Positions 19,057 through 29,544 of a DNA stretch of 64,000 nucleotides are shown here, in pieces. The stretch lies in IMG/VR virus record IMGVR_UViG_3300009008_000003. One strand, 5' to 3'. Position numbers and translations under genes: made by a program. How positions within the stretch are numbered: position 1 is the stretch's first letter; each line of letters opens with the position of its first letter. The notes under the pieces are model-generated. The model had not been told where the DNA came from, searched no databases, and saw only the letters and a program-made list of their open reading frames with translations. Source of the DNA: a virus.

Positions 19057-22000
19057 ATGGCGAAGAGAGTTGACTCCTTAAACATCAACGAACAAGATCT
19101 TTTGATGCAGTCGTCGGTAGTTGATGCCCTTTACAAGGAATTTCCTATAAAGGGTAAAAAGAATAGTATACGTATTAAAAATATTATTGCAGATGAGACC
19201 AAAGCCCCGATCAATGATTTGCCAGCCCAGAAAGAAATTAAGCTAGATGGTAAGTCTTGGGTAATGCCTGTATACGCCGATTTTGATTTAATAGATAATG
19301 AAACCGGTAAAGTTATTTCTAGAGCTAAGAAAATGAAAATCACCTCTATACCGAGGATGACAAATAGATTTTCAGTTATCATCGAGGGGAATGAGTACCA
19401 GACTCTCAATCAGTTTCGTCTTCGTTCTGGTGTATACACGCGTGAAAAGTCTAATGGCCAGTTTGAAAGTCAGTTTAACCTGGAAAAGGGCTTCAACTTC
19501 AAAATGATGCTGGACCCGAAAAAAGAGGTATTCTTCCTTCAGGCTGGTAATCAAAACTATCCTATATATGCTATTTTACATGCTCTCGGCATGCCAGATG
19601 AACCTATGCGCCGAGCATGGGGTAAAGAGATATTCGAGGCTAATGCTAGGGCTGGAATAAAAGAGCTACATGGATCTATTATAAAATTAGTAGATACTTT
19701 ATTGCATCACAAAACAAATGACTACGCAGAAGCTCTAAGGCTCTTTAAAAAGTATTTAGAAGATACCTCAGTATCCTCAGAAACAACAGAGCTTACCCTG
19801 GGCCAAGGTTTTAATAAGGTAAATAAAGACTTACTACTAGCAACTTCTTCAAAATTGTTACGCGTAATGCGTAGAGAAGAAAAAGAAGATGAAAGAGATT
19901 CCTTGGTATTCAAAGAGCTGTTCACACCACAAGACCAGCTTAAAGCCTTTCTAGATGCGCGTACTACGAAGATTACAAACAAGATTAAATGGCGTTTAGA
20001 TAATAAAGAAACCATCAGAGACATTATTCCTACTAATACTTACGGTGATCCTATTAAGGAGTTCTTCTCAGTTGGTGAACTTAGTAGTCCCCCGCCGCAG
20101 ACTAATCCAGCAGCTATTTTAGGCGAATGGAATAAAACAACCGTTATGGGAACTGGTGGAATACAATCCAGGCATGCTGTAACTATGAATGTACGAGATG
20201 TACATCCTTCTACAGTTGGATTCTTAGATCCGATTAATACACCAGAAACTGGTAAAATTGGTGTTACCTTACCGCTAGCTATAGGTGTTTCTAAAACAGA
20301 AAAAGGACTTGTAACTAAAGTTATAACACCGGCAGGCCGTATAAAAGAATTTACACCAAAAGAAATGTGGGATCGTAAGATAGGGTTTCCTGACCAATAT
20401 AAAGTGGTAGATGGAAAAGTTAAGCCTGTCGGGGCTCTAGTAAAAGGTAACTGGAAGGGCAGATCATTACTTATTGCAGGTAAGGAAATAGATGGATATA
20501 TACATAATCCAACCTTTATGTTCTCTTTCCAAAGTAACTTGATTCCATTTTTGGGCACGGTATCTGGTAACCGCGCTATGGTTGCCAGTAAACAGATTGG
20601 GCAGGCTGTTGCAGTATCTAATCCTGATAAGCCGCATGTACGTGTGCTGGGGCCCAACAAGAGACAAACTTTTGGCAAAGCTATCAGTGACACTGTTAAT
20701 CCTAAAGTTCCTAATGAGTTAGAAGAGGGTACTGTATCCAAAGTCACAAAAGATTACATATTTATAAAAGACCAAGATAACAAAACACACAAGATTGGAT
20801 TATTCAATGATTTCCCGTTAAACCAAGAAGCTTTCATAAATAGCAAACCCGTAGTAGCTCCTGGTAGTAAAGTATACCCAGGGGATAAACTTGCAGAGAA
20901 TAACTTCCAGGATAAGGGCGAACTTGCTTTAGGTGTTAATGCTAAGATAGCATATATGCCTTGGAAGGGCTATAATTTCGAAGATTCGGTTGTCGTAACT
21001 GAGTCATTTGCCAATAGAATGACCTCTGAGAAAATTTTAAAATTCTCTTATACAGCGCCCAAAGAAGGCATGATAGATAAAGCTAAATTATTAGCTTATT
21101 ATCCGGACAGCATGACACCAGAAAACTATGCTAAATTAGATGATGAAGGTATTATTAAAAAAGGATCAGAAGTAGATCCTAATGATGTGTTGATTGCTGG
21201 CCTCGCTCCTAAAGAATACACAGACGAAGAGAAGATTCTAAAAACTATGAATAAGAGTCTATCTGTTCCTTACGCACGAAGTACTTTGGAGTATGACGGC
21301 CATAACCGAGGTAAAGTATTATATGTGCGTAAACTTACGCGTAGGCGTTACAATGTGCATGTAAAAGTAATTGCCCCTATGGAAATAGGCGATAAAATTG
21401 CTGGTCGTTATGGCAACAAGATGATTGTATCCAAAATCATTAAAGATGATGAGGCTCCTCATACCAAAGATGGCAAAGCAATAGATGTTATAGCCTCCCC
21501 GTTTGGTGTACCGGGTCGTATGAATATTGGCCAGTTATTAGAAACGGCCGCTGGTAAGCTAGCAGAAAAAACAGGCAAAGATTATGAAGTAGCCAACTTT
21601 GATGGAACAGACCATTTAGCTAAATTAAAGAAAGAATTCAAGAAAAATGGGTTAGAGTTTGACGAAGAGCTTACTGATGGGAAAGATGGTAAATCTTTTA
21701 CTAACAAAGTGTTCGTAGGAAACCAGCATATACTTAAACTCATGCATGTTGTAGAACATAAGTTAAAACATAGATCTTATGGCTCTTACAGTATGGACGA
21801 ACAGCCCACTAGAGGAGATGATGGTGGTCAAGCTTTTGATCAGCTTACCACTTACGTAGCCATGGCGCATGGGGCGAAAGCAAACCTGTATGATTCTACA
21901 GCTATTAAAGGTCAAAAGAACGACGAAATATGGAGAAACATTCAACTAGGATTACCTATACCTCCACCCAATAGAAACTTTGCCTGGGATAAGATGGTTA

Positions 22001-25000
22001 ACTATCTTAAAGCCTCTGGCGTTAATGTCGAGAAAAAGGGAGATTATATACAAGCATCTCCTTTAACAGACAAAGCCGTTACTGAGCTGACCGGCACGAA
22101 ATCGGAAATCAAAGATCCTGGGCACATGTTGATTGGTAAGAACCTTGCCAGTATTAAAGGCGGCCTGTTTGATCAAAACATCACAGGCGGAATGCAAGGA
22201 AAGAAGTGGGGATATATTAAACTTGAAGAAAAGATCCCCTCTCCACTCATGCAAAAATCTATTACTTCTATTCTTGGTATCACGCATAGCAAGTATATGA
22301 AAATAATAAACGAACAAGAAGAGTTAGATGGTAAGACTGGCTTTGCGGCTATAGAAGCTGCCTTAGGCAAGGTTGATATTAACGCAGACTTACGCAAGAC
22401 CAAGAAATCTCTACAGACCACAGCTCCACAAAATGTAGATAAATTAAATAAAAAAATAAGATATCTGGAGGCATTGAAAAAGTTTGAGCTGAAGCCAACT
22501 GATTTAATGATATCTAAAGTTCCTGTTTTACCTCCGGTATTTAGACCTGTCTATCCACTTCCTAGTGGGGACTTAATGGTTAATCCTATCAATTGGTCAT
22601 ACAGAAATTTAGGTTTAGTAAACAACAGTCTTAAACAATACAAGACGATGGGCAGTGTTGCTTATAAGGAATTGGGTGGTAATACTCGCAAAAGTTTATA
22701 TGAGGCAGTTAGTGAAGTACAGGGCGTAACAGACCCGGTAGGGTTTGGACAAGAGAAAAGACTTGGAGCACTTGCTCAACTGTCTGGTAAAAAAGGTACG
22801 TCTCCCAAGTATGGCTTTATCCAGAGCAAGCTCTGGAGAAAACGCCAAGACTTAACCGGTAGATCCACAATTACTCTTGAACCTAGCTTAGGTTTAGATC
22901 AGATAGGCATTCCTGAGGTGATGGGGTGGGACATTTATAAACCTTTTGTAATGAAAGAACTTAAAGACCAAGGTTTTCAACCTATACAAGCTATGGAGGA
23001 AATAGAAAAGAAAACGGATAGAGCTAAAGAAGCTCTAATAGCTGTTATGAAAAAACGTCCAGTAATGGTTAACCGCGCACCTTCTCTTCACAAGTTTGGT
23101 TTGCAGGCATTTAATCCAATTAACGTAGAAGGCAATGCTATCAAGCTTAATCCTTTGGTGACAAAAGGGTTTAATGCAGACTTTGACGGCGACACAATGT
23201 CTGTACACGTACCGGTTACAGATAAGGCCGTAGAAGAAGCATATGGCATGATGCCCTCTCGTAATGTATTTATGCCGGGCATGCACGGAGCTAAAACAAT
23301 GCCTATACAAGGCTTTGGCCAAGATTACCAATTAGGTATATGGTTACTCACCCGAACTGAAAAGAAAAGCACTAAAGAATACGAGTCAATTGCTGCGGCA
23401 ACTAAAGCTAAAGTTCCCTTGACTACAGAGATAACAATTAAGGGCAAGGGTAGAACTACCCTTGGAAGAGAGATATTGGTTAAATCCGTACCTAAAAAGT
23501 TCCATAAATTTGTACGCTCTAACGAAATGAATGGAAAGAATGTAAACGAATTAATGACCAGAATAGCTCTTGAATCTGATAAAGACTACGGCCAAGTTGC
23601 AGACTCCCTGAAGAGTCTGGGAGCAGACTCCGCACATCAACACGGGTTTAGTATTTCCCTTAATGATCTAGATATAGATAGATCTTTTAGGGACAAAGCA
23701 GTAGCGGATACTTGGAGAAAAGTAGGTCCCAAACCTGCCGATACGAAAGTAGTAAATGCTTTCATGGGCATAGACAACAAGATTGCAGTTGGGCAGGCTA
23801 AGGCTGTTAAAGACAAAGAGAAGCTATATAGCAGAGAAAACAACTTACGTATTATGCAGGAGTCTGGCGCTGGAGGTAAAAAAGTAGCTAACTCTGCTCA
23901 GCAAATCTTATCAATGCCGGGTGTTCTTTTAGATGTGCACAATAATCCTATCCCAGTACCTAATGTTAAATCCTGGACAGAGGGACAAGATGTGGCAGGT
24001 TATTGGAACTCTATGTATGGGGCACGTAAAGGGGCTGTAGATAGAGCTATTAATACGCAAGATACTGGGTTTCTCAATAAGTCCTTATTAGCAGTGACTA
24101 GAAATCTTGTTATCACGGAAGAAGATTGTGAAACAACTGACGGCATCGAAATAGCAGTCAATGATAAAAATGCAGTAGATAGATTTTTAGCTGAAAAAAT
24201 AGTAGGGGTTGGAAGGAAAGACGAATTAGTTACCACCGAGCTATTACGAAAAGCTAAAGCTAAAAAATTAAAAACTATCAAAGTACGCTCACCCCTGACC
24301 TGTGAGACCGCAAAAGGAGTTTGTATTCAGTGCTATGGTTTAATGGCTAATAATAAGCCTCCTAAAGTCGGAGATAATGTTGGCATCATAGATGGCCAAA
24401 CTATGACAGAGCGTAGTACACAATTACAGATGCAGACTTTCCATAGCGGCGGAACGGCTAAAGGTACATCAATGTTGGTTGCGGGGTTCCCTCGTATTAT
24501 CCAATTAGTAAAGGTGCCCGCTGTGTTAGGCGGTAAGGCTACCTTGTCTGAAGTTTCTGGCGAGGTTAGTAAAGTAACAGAAAACCCATTAGGGGGTTAT
24601 GATGTAACTATAGGGGATATAGCACATAGAATCCCTGCTGGTATGGGGTTAAAAGTAAAAGAAGGAAGCAAAGTAAGCAAGGGAGATTTGTTATCAGAAG
24701 GCATCATTAAGCCCCAGGAGTTAAGTAAGCTAAAGTCACATCTAGATGCTGAGAAGTATATCGTGGATGAACTGGATGATGTGTTTGATGGCCAATTCCA
24801 TAAGCGTACCTATGAAACAGTAGTTCGTGCTATGGGTTCGCAGGCACGCATCACAGAAGCTCCGGAAGATAGTGATTTAATTAGAGGGGATGTTGCCGAT
24901 ATATGGCATCTAAAGAAATTAAATACAAAACGAAAAGCTGAGGGTAAAGAATTAATACAGTATGAGCCATACTTTAAATCCATTGACATGTTACCTCATG

Positions 25001-25161
25001 ACCGGGCAGACTGGTTAAGTAGATTAAGCGTAAACAGGTTGCGCGGAACAGTACAAGAAGCCGCAGCTCGTGGACTGGTATCAGATATTCACGGAGTTGA
25101 TCCTATACCTGCATACATGTACGGAACTGAGTTTGGTAAAAAAGAAGATGGTAGATACTAA
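19057..25161 (+). CDS. rpoBC: Single-chain DNA-directed RNA polymerase, beta-beta' fusion
   Basis: Beta motifs (GDKIAGRYGNK, SPFGVPGRMNIGQLLE, WKGYNFEDS) run into beta' motifs (NRAPSLHK, catalytic NADFDGD at 23173-23193, CETAKGVCIQCYG, TQLQMQTFHSGG) in one 2034-aa ORF. Confidence 0.93.
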   Translation: MAKRVDSLNINEQDLLMQSSVVDALYKEFPIKGKKNSIRIKNIIADETKAPINDLPAQKEIKLDGKSWVMPVYADFDLIDNETGKVISRAKKMKITSIPRMTNRFSVIIEGNEYQTLNQFRLRSGVYTREKSNGQFESQFNLEKGFNFKMMLDPKKEVFFLQAGNQNYPIYAILHALGMPDEPMRRAWGKEIFEANARAGIKELHGSIIKLVDTLLHHKTNDYAEALRLFKKYLEDTSVSSETTELTLGQGFNKVNKDLLLATSSKLLRVMRREEKEDERDSLVFKELFTPQDQLKAFLDARTTKITNKIKWRLDNKETIRDIIPTNTYGDPIKEFFSVGELSSPPPQTNPAAILGEWNKTTVMGTGGIQSRHAVTMNVRDVHPSTVGFLDPINTPETGKIGVTLPLAIGVSKTEKGLVTKVITPAGRIKEFTPKEMWDRKIGFPDQYKVVDGKVKPVGALVKGNWKGRSLLIAGKEIDGYIHNPTFMFSFQSNLIPFLGTVSGNRAMVASKQIGQAVAVSNPDKPHVRVLGPNKRQTFGKAISDTVNPKVPNELEEGTVSKVTKDYIFIKDQDNKTHKIGLFNDFPLNQEAFINSKPVVAPGSKVYPGDKLAENNFQDKGELALGVNAKIAYMPWKGYNFEDSVVVTESFANRMTSEKILKFSYTAPKEGMIDKAKLLAYYPDSMTPENYAKLDDEGIIKKGSEVDPNDVLIAGLAPKEYTDEEKILKTMNKSLSVPYARSTLEYDGHNRGKVLYVRKLTRRRYNVHVKVIAPMEIGDKIAGRYGNKMIVSKIIKDDEAPHTKDGKAIDVIASPFGVPGRMNIGQLLETAAGKLAEKTGKDYEVANFDGTDHLAKLKKEFKKNGLEFDEELTDGKDGKSFTNKVFVGNQHILKLMHVVEHKLKHRSYGSYSMDEQPTRGDDGGQAFDQLTTYVAMAHGAKANLYDSTAIKGQKNDEIWRNIQLGLPIPPPNRNFAWDKMVNYLKASGVNVEKKGDYIQASPLTDKAVTELTGTKSEIKDPGHMLIGKNLASIKGGLFDQNITGGMQGKKWGYIKLEEKIPSPLMQKSITSILGITHSKYMKIINEQEELDGKTGFAAIEAALGKVDINADLRKTKKSLQTTAPQNVDKLNKKIRYLEALKKFELKPTDLMISKVPVLPPVFRPVYPLPSGDLMVNPINWSYRNLGLVNNSLKQYKTMGSVAYKELGGNTRKSLYEAVSEVQGVTDPVGFGQEKRLGALAQLSGKKGTSPKYGFIQSKLWRKRQDLTGRSTITLEPSLGLDQIGIPEVMGWDIYKPFVMKELKDQGFQPIQAMEEIEKKTDRAKEALIAVMKKRPVMVNRAPSLHKFGLQAFNPINVEGNAIKLNPLVTKGFNADFDGDTMSVHVPVTDKAVEEAYGMMPSRNVFMPGMHGAKTMPIQGFGQDYQLGIWLLTRTEKKSTKEYESIAAATKAKVPLTTEITIKGKGRTTLGREILVKSVPKKFHKFVRSNEMNGKNVNELMTRIALESDKDYGQVADSLKSLGADSAHQHGFSISLNDLDIDRSFRDKAVADTWRKVGPKPADTKVVNAFMGIDNKIAVGQAKAVKDKEKLYSRENNLRIMQESGAGGKKVANSAQQILSMPGVLLDVHNNPIPVPNVKSWTEGQDVAGYWNSMYGARKGAVDRAINTQDTGFLNKSLLAVTRNLVITEEDCETTDGIEIAVNDKNAVDRFLAEKIVGVGRKDELVTTELLRKAKAKKLKTIKVRSPLTCETAKGVCIQCYGLMANNKPPKVGDNVGIIDGQTMTERSTQLQMQTFHSGGTAKGTSMLVAGFPRIIQLVKVPAVLGGKATLSEVSGEVSKVTENPLGGYDVTIGDIAHRIPAGMGLKVKEGSKVSKGDLLSEGIIKPQELSKLKSHLDAEKYIVDELDDVFDGQFHKRTYETVVRAMGSQARITEAPEDSDLIRGDVADIWHLKKLNTKRKAEGKELIQYEPYFKSIDMLPHDRADWLSRLSVNRLRGTVQEAAARGLVSDIHGVDPIPAYMYGTEFGKKEDGRY

Positions 25162-26363
25162 TGCTACACGGTCCATGTCAACATATACTGGTTGCATATG
25201 ATTTTAGAAAACCTTTTAACCAAGACTTCGGTAAATTGCCTGGGTTAATAGGAGTAGCACGTCGTGGCGGTACCATACTATTTGAAAATATAAAGTACAA
25301 TGTATTTTGGCAACGATATAAAGATGGAAAGTTGCCTCCATATCTAAAAATATTTACCTTTGATGTGGATAGATATAAACTAGTAAGAGCTCGCACGTTA
25401 AAGAAAGTAGAATATAAAAAAGAGCTATACGATTTCAAACTGCGTAATAAAGTTATAAGAGGTCATAGTATTTTGGCCTTTGATAAAAATCTTGGTATAG
25501 TAACTAATATATCGGGAGAAGACGCGCTTGGAGCCTGGGTGCCTTTGCCTTTAGAATTAGAGGTCCCAGGCCCAGATCTACCGGGTGGGTTTGAAGAAGC
25601 TTGGGAAATTGGCAACAATATAGCATTAAATAGTGTCAAAAAACGTTCCGTTAATCCTAGCATAACTACCCTAAGAATGAATCTGACTGATGATTTTTTA
25701 GCGCATAGTTATGACTATAGACTAGGGCTGTTCTCCGGGCTATTTAACAAGTGGGGTAACTTGCCTCTTGGGGGAGACGGAGCAGGTTGGGAAGGAAAAC
25801 ATGATTCCTTATCTCGCCCAAAATTTAAATGTGTTCAACAAAGGCGAACATTTTGGTTTAACTTCAGACAACTAGTAGCTAGTCTTGGACAAGAAACTAA
25901 TGATAAAACTGATTATGGCTACTATAAATATTACGTTACCAGGTTACGCCCCACTTCTTTCTATCCTTTAATAGATAAATTAAAAATAGACAACAGTAAA
26001 CGTCAAAGAGAAGTAGATAGATTCAAAGACGTATACCATTCAAACCAGGAAGGCGGACGTGCGGTTCCGATGGATAGAGCTATCTCTGATACACTTTCTT
26101 ACTATAAAGCTATACTAACTGGAAGCGAAGACGAGCTAACTAGAAAATACGCTACCCGCTTATTAGAGAATGATCTGCATATAGCAGACAAAAATTTAAC
26201 ATATATCGACAATTGGCGTAAATATATGGTAAATAATAAAAAAATATATTGGGTAAAAATTGATGGGGTGCAGGCGGTTGAGCCAGAGCAAACCACCACC
26301 AATTTTTTATTAGACATGTCAATTCCTTTCCTTTCGGCCTACTTGTTGCCTCAGAGTGAATAA
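25161..26363 (+). CDS. Free-standing degenerate intein-like (HINT + LAGLIDADG) protein
   Basis: GHSILAF..GAWVPLP (block-B-like), RLGLFSGLFNKWG (degenerate LAGLIDADG), FRQLVASLG, IYWVKIDGV (block-F-like); no terminal His-Asn, no exteins. Confidence 0.55.
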   Translation: MLHGPCQHILVAYDFRKPFNQDFGKLPGLIGVARRGGTILFENIKYNVFWQRYKDGKLPPYLKIFTFDVDRYKLVRARTLKKVEYKKELYDFKLRNKVIRGHSILAFDKNLGIVTNISGEDALGAWVPLPLELEVPGPDLPGGFEEAWEIGNNIALNSVKKRSVNPSITTLRMNLTDDFLAHSYDYRLGLFSGLFNKWGNLPLGGDGAGWEGKHDSLSRPKFKCVQQRRTFWFNFRQLVASLGQETNDKTDYGYYKYYVTRLRPTSFYPLIDKLKIDNSKRQREVDRFKDVYHSNQEGGRAVPMDRAISDTLSYYKAILTGSEDELTRKYATRLLENDLHIADKNLTYIDNWRKYMVNNKKIYWVKIDGVQAVEPEQTTTNFLLDMSIPFLSAYLLPQSE

Positions 26364-26500
26364 AGTAAGACGCGTCCCGTAACTCCAAAAACTATGAATG
26401 AAGTAAGTAAGCTCATAATACATAGCGTATTAAAGCCTACTTTTATCTTATACCATAATTTGACTTGACTTTTGACTAATTTATTACTAAACTTAGTTTA

Positions 26501-26992
26501 ATGAAATATAACGAACAATACGAACTATATAAGAAATTATTGTGGTTATCTAAAAGAGGCACGAACACACAAAAAGACTTAGCTGGCCTTGTTCGTGAAT
26601 CTATTAAAGATATACCACTGTGGGATGGAACAATAACACTTACTGGGCCTTTCCTATTGGGAGGTGGAGGCTTTGTTCCTTGGGTAGATCTAAGTATAAT
26701 AGGCAAACACGGTGAGTTTTTAAAAGATCATATTAATCCACCAAAGGATATTAAAGATCATTTGCTTTGTCCTATAAAGATACACTACCACTATGTAGAA
26801 GAAGATAATCTATTCGCCCAGGCTCAATGGGCAAGAGACTACCTGGCTGAACATGTTTTGTCTCATGTAGAACTTGCACAGGTTCTAGGAAGAGTGGCTA
26901 AAGGTCATGACATAGGTAAAGCGTTTGCAAATATAGTAAACACCCAAACTATACCTCATTTACAACTAATGGTGGATAAGCAATTATTATGA
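26501..26992 (+). CDS. Hypothetical protein
   Basis: 163-aa ORF coupled to the glycosyltransferase. Confidence 0.55.
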   Translation: MKYNEQYELYKKLLWLSKRGTNTQKDLAGLVRESIKDIPLWDGTITLTGPFLLGGGGFVPWVDLSIIGKHGEFLKDHINPPKDIKDHLLCPIKIHYHYVEEDNLFAQAQWARDYLAEHVLSHVELAQVLGRVAKGHDIGKAFANIVNTQTIPHLQLMVDKQLL

Positions 26993-29544
26993 AAGTATCA
27001 GCAATAGTAAGAACACATAACTGCGAACGCACAATTGAATCTTCGGTTAAATCAATTGTTGATATAGTAGATGAAATAATAGTAGTTGATAATATTTCTA
27101 CAGATAATACTGTTAATATTATAGAATCGCTCATATCGTCTTTGGATCATAAGGTTAATATTAAATTTTATCGCTATAATCATGCGATATATTGGCCAGT
27201 CACCAGCGAAGCTTCGGTAAACGCTTTTGAGCATGATCCTAGACATATGACAAGTTATCAAAATTTTTGCTTAGAGAAGACATCGTATGATTGGGTAATG
27301 CGTTTAGATGGGGACTGCGTTGTTAGTGGTCTAGATAAATTCAAATTGGATAATATTATCGGGGAAGCCGACCCTAATAATACTTTGTGGGTATCAGTAA
27401 GTAATGTTATAGGAAAAAATAAGCGACTAAAACCAGATAAGACATATGATATGTTTTTATTCTGCAAGACAAAATATCCTAAATATATAAAGTATAAAAC
27501 TGGTACTGCCTATGTAAAACATATAGGGCTAGAGCCAGAAAGAATTTATAGAAAAGATTTAGATTCGTCTGGAGTATTTCTGTATCACTTTGGTAGGCAA
27601 TTATCTAATTACTCTCGCGGAGTAGCCTGGAAAGAACGCGACTGGGAAGAGGTTTATGTAGAAATTAATCCATTTTACGATCAATTTGAAAAGTATCTAA
27701 ATTTCGTAATACCCGTGTACGGTGAACGATTCGAAAAATATGCAGAAAGGCTTGTACGTTCTATAGAAACCTTCTACCCGGAGGCAAACATATTTTTGTA
27801 TCATGGGGATCATGACAAAATAACCATAGACAAATTTAAAATAGCTAATGAACTAATTAACAAGGGTGAAATATTTCATGGATCCCTTATCATAATGGAC
27901 GCAGACACAGCTATACTTCGTCCATGTGACGACTTTTTCTATTTCGCAGATACACACAATAATGATTTACACATTACTTATGATACTGGCGGTACCATTA
28001 GAGATATAGATGACATGTATAAGCTTGGTAAAGTGGGCGGCACTTATGTATCTGATGATTATTGGGAATTATTTGGCAATTCAGCGAGCGCTCATTTAGA
28101 TGAGCACCCGTTTAATGCTGGTGTTATTGTCTTTAACCTTGATAAGTACGGAGTAAAAGATAAAATAAAAGAGCTAGCGGAAATAAGTGATAGAATAAAA
28201 TATAGCACTATTTGGCCTATGGAACAGGGATTATTGACTATTTATATACATCAGAATAATTTGGAATATACTACATTCGGGAGTACTTATAACTCTACTG
28301 GTGGGGAACACAATGACCCGGGGTTAGAGGATAAGATAAAAATTATGCATTATCACGATGACGCGCGGTTTAATGAAAAGTTATATAATAAAAAAATAAA
28401 TATAAAAACTGGCAAACATCGTAGGCCCACGTTGCATCTTCTAGGTCTAGGTCATACTATAACAAGAGAAGACTTTTCACACTGTGCTTTTACCATGAAG
28501 ACTCGTAAAATGGCTAAAATGATGGGAGCTATGGGCTATGAAGTACTTCACTATGGGGTTGAGGGTCCAGACGTTGAGCAGTATAAAAATGTAAAACATA
28601 TAGATGTAGTTGATAATAATACATGGCAGGCAGAGTACGGTGACTTTGAAAAGGAAAAATATCAATTTAAATATGATACGTACGGTACCTCCTGGAGAGT
28701 TTTCCAAAACAATGCTAAAGATAAGCTTGGCTTATACTATAAATCTGGGGATCTAATACTTAGTTCTTTTGGCCACCCTCATGCCTTTGCCATGGAATTT
28801 GGACCAGTAATAGAAATGGGCATTGGTTATAGCCATAGAGCATGCTTTGCCCCTTATCGTGTGTATGAAAGCTATGCCTGGATGAATGAGTGCAGAGCTA
28901 GAGAAGATAGTGGTAACCCCAAAGCATACCATGTTGTAATACCTAATTATTTTGATCTAAAAGAGTTTGCCTGGGAGAGTTCCGATAAAAAATCCTATTT
29001 CGCATTCTTGGGCAGGATGAATGTTGATAAAGGCATAGAAACCGCCTGTCTCGTAGCAGAGGACCTAGGCATTCCTTTAAAAGCTGCTGGACAATTAGGT
29101 GGCCCAGATGATAAATTTGTAAAGAAATTAAAAGATCAATACAAGATGTTTGAGCATATAGGAACAGTAGGCATTAAAGAACGTAGCGACTTTTTAAAAG
29201 GATCTATAGCTACCTTTGTTCCCACACATTATCCAGAACCTTTTGGGGGCGTAGCTGTTGAATCTATGTTATGCGGTACGCCAGTAATTACGTCGGATTG
29301 GGGAGCCTTTCCAGAGACTGTGATAGATGGCGTTACTGGATATAGATGCCGAACATTAAAAGATTATATAGATGCAGGTAAAAATATAATTAAAAAAAGA
29401 GAACTAGTCAGTTGGCCCTGCAGAGAACATGGTGAGAAATATTCATTAGAGAATATAGGACTAAAGTATGATAAATACTTTAAAGACGTACAACGTGTAA
29501 TAATGGGCGAAGGTTGGTATGAACTTAGTGCCGATTGGTATTAA
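26989..29544 (+). CDS. Three-domain glycosyltransferase (GT2 + GT8-like + GT4)
   Basis: GT2: VSAIVRTHN..IIVVDNISTDNT..RLDGD. GT8-like: MDADT, FNAGV, EQGLL, MHYH. GT4: FLGRMNVDKG, EPFGGVAVESMLCGTPVITSDWGAFPE. Confidence 0.8.
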   Translation: MKVSAIVRTHNCERTIESSVKSIVDIVDEIIVVDNISTDNTVNIIESLISSLDHKVNIKFYRYNHAIYWPVTSEASVNAFEHDPRHMTSYQNFCLEKTSYDWVMRLDGDCVVSGLDKFKLDNIIGEADPNNTLWVSVSNVIGKNKRLKPDKTYDMFLFCKTKYPKYIKYKTGTAYVKHIGLEPERIYRKDLDSSGVFLYHFGRQLSNYSRGVAWKERDWEEVYVEINPFYDQFEKYLNFVIPVYGERFEKYAERLVRSIETFYPEANIFLYHGDHDKITIDKFKIANELINKGEIFHGSLIIMDADTAILRPCDDFFYFADTHNNDLHITYDTGGTIRDIDDMYKLGKVGGTYVSDDYWELFGNSASAHLDEHPFNAGVIVFNLDKYGVKDKIKELAEISDRIKYSTIWPMEQGLLTIYIHQNNLEYTTFGSTYNSTGGEHNDPGLEDKIKIMHYHDDARFNEKLYNKKINIKTGKHRRPTLHLLGLGHTITREDFSHCAFTMKTRKMAKMMGAMGYEVLHYGVEGPDVEQYKNVKHIDVVDNNTWQAEYGDFEKEKYQFKYDTYGTSWRVFQNNAKDKLGLYYKSGDLILSSFGHPHAFAMEFGPVIEMGIGYSHRACFAPYRVYESYAWMNECRAREDSGNPKAYHVVIPNYFDLKEFAWESSDKKSYFAFLGRMNVDKGIETACLVAEDLGIPLKAAGQLGGPDDKFVKKLKDQYKMFEHIGTVGIKERSDFLKGSIATFVPTHYPEPFGGVAVESMLCGTPVITSDWGAFPETVIDGVTGYRCRTLKDYIDAGKNIIKKRELVSWPCREHGEKYSLENIGLKYDKYFKDVQRVIMGEGWYELSADWY

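Noticed and set aside
19131-24281. Numerous - strand ORFs inside the RNAP gene and similar antisense ORFs elsewhere (e.g. 742-1056, 13984-14436, 50598-50780, 59788-60441)
   Set aside because: They are shadow frames of strongly supported genes, with no SD or recognisable motifs.
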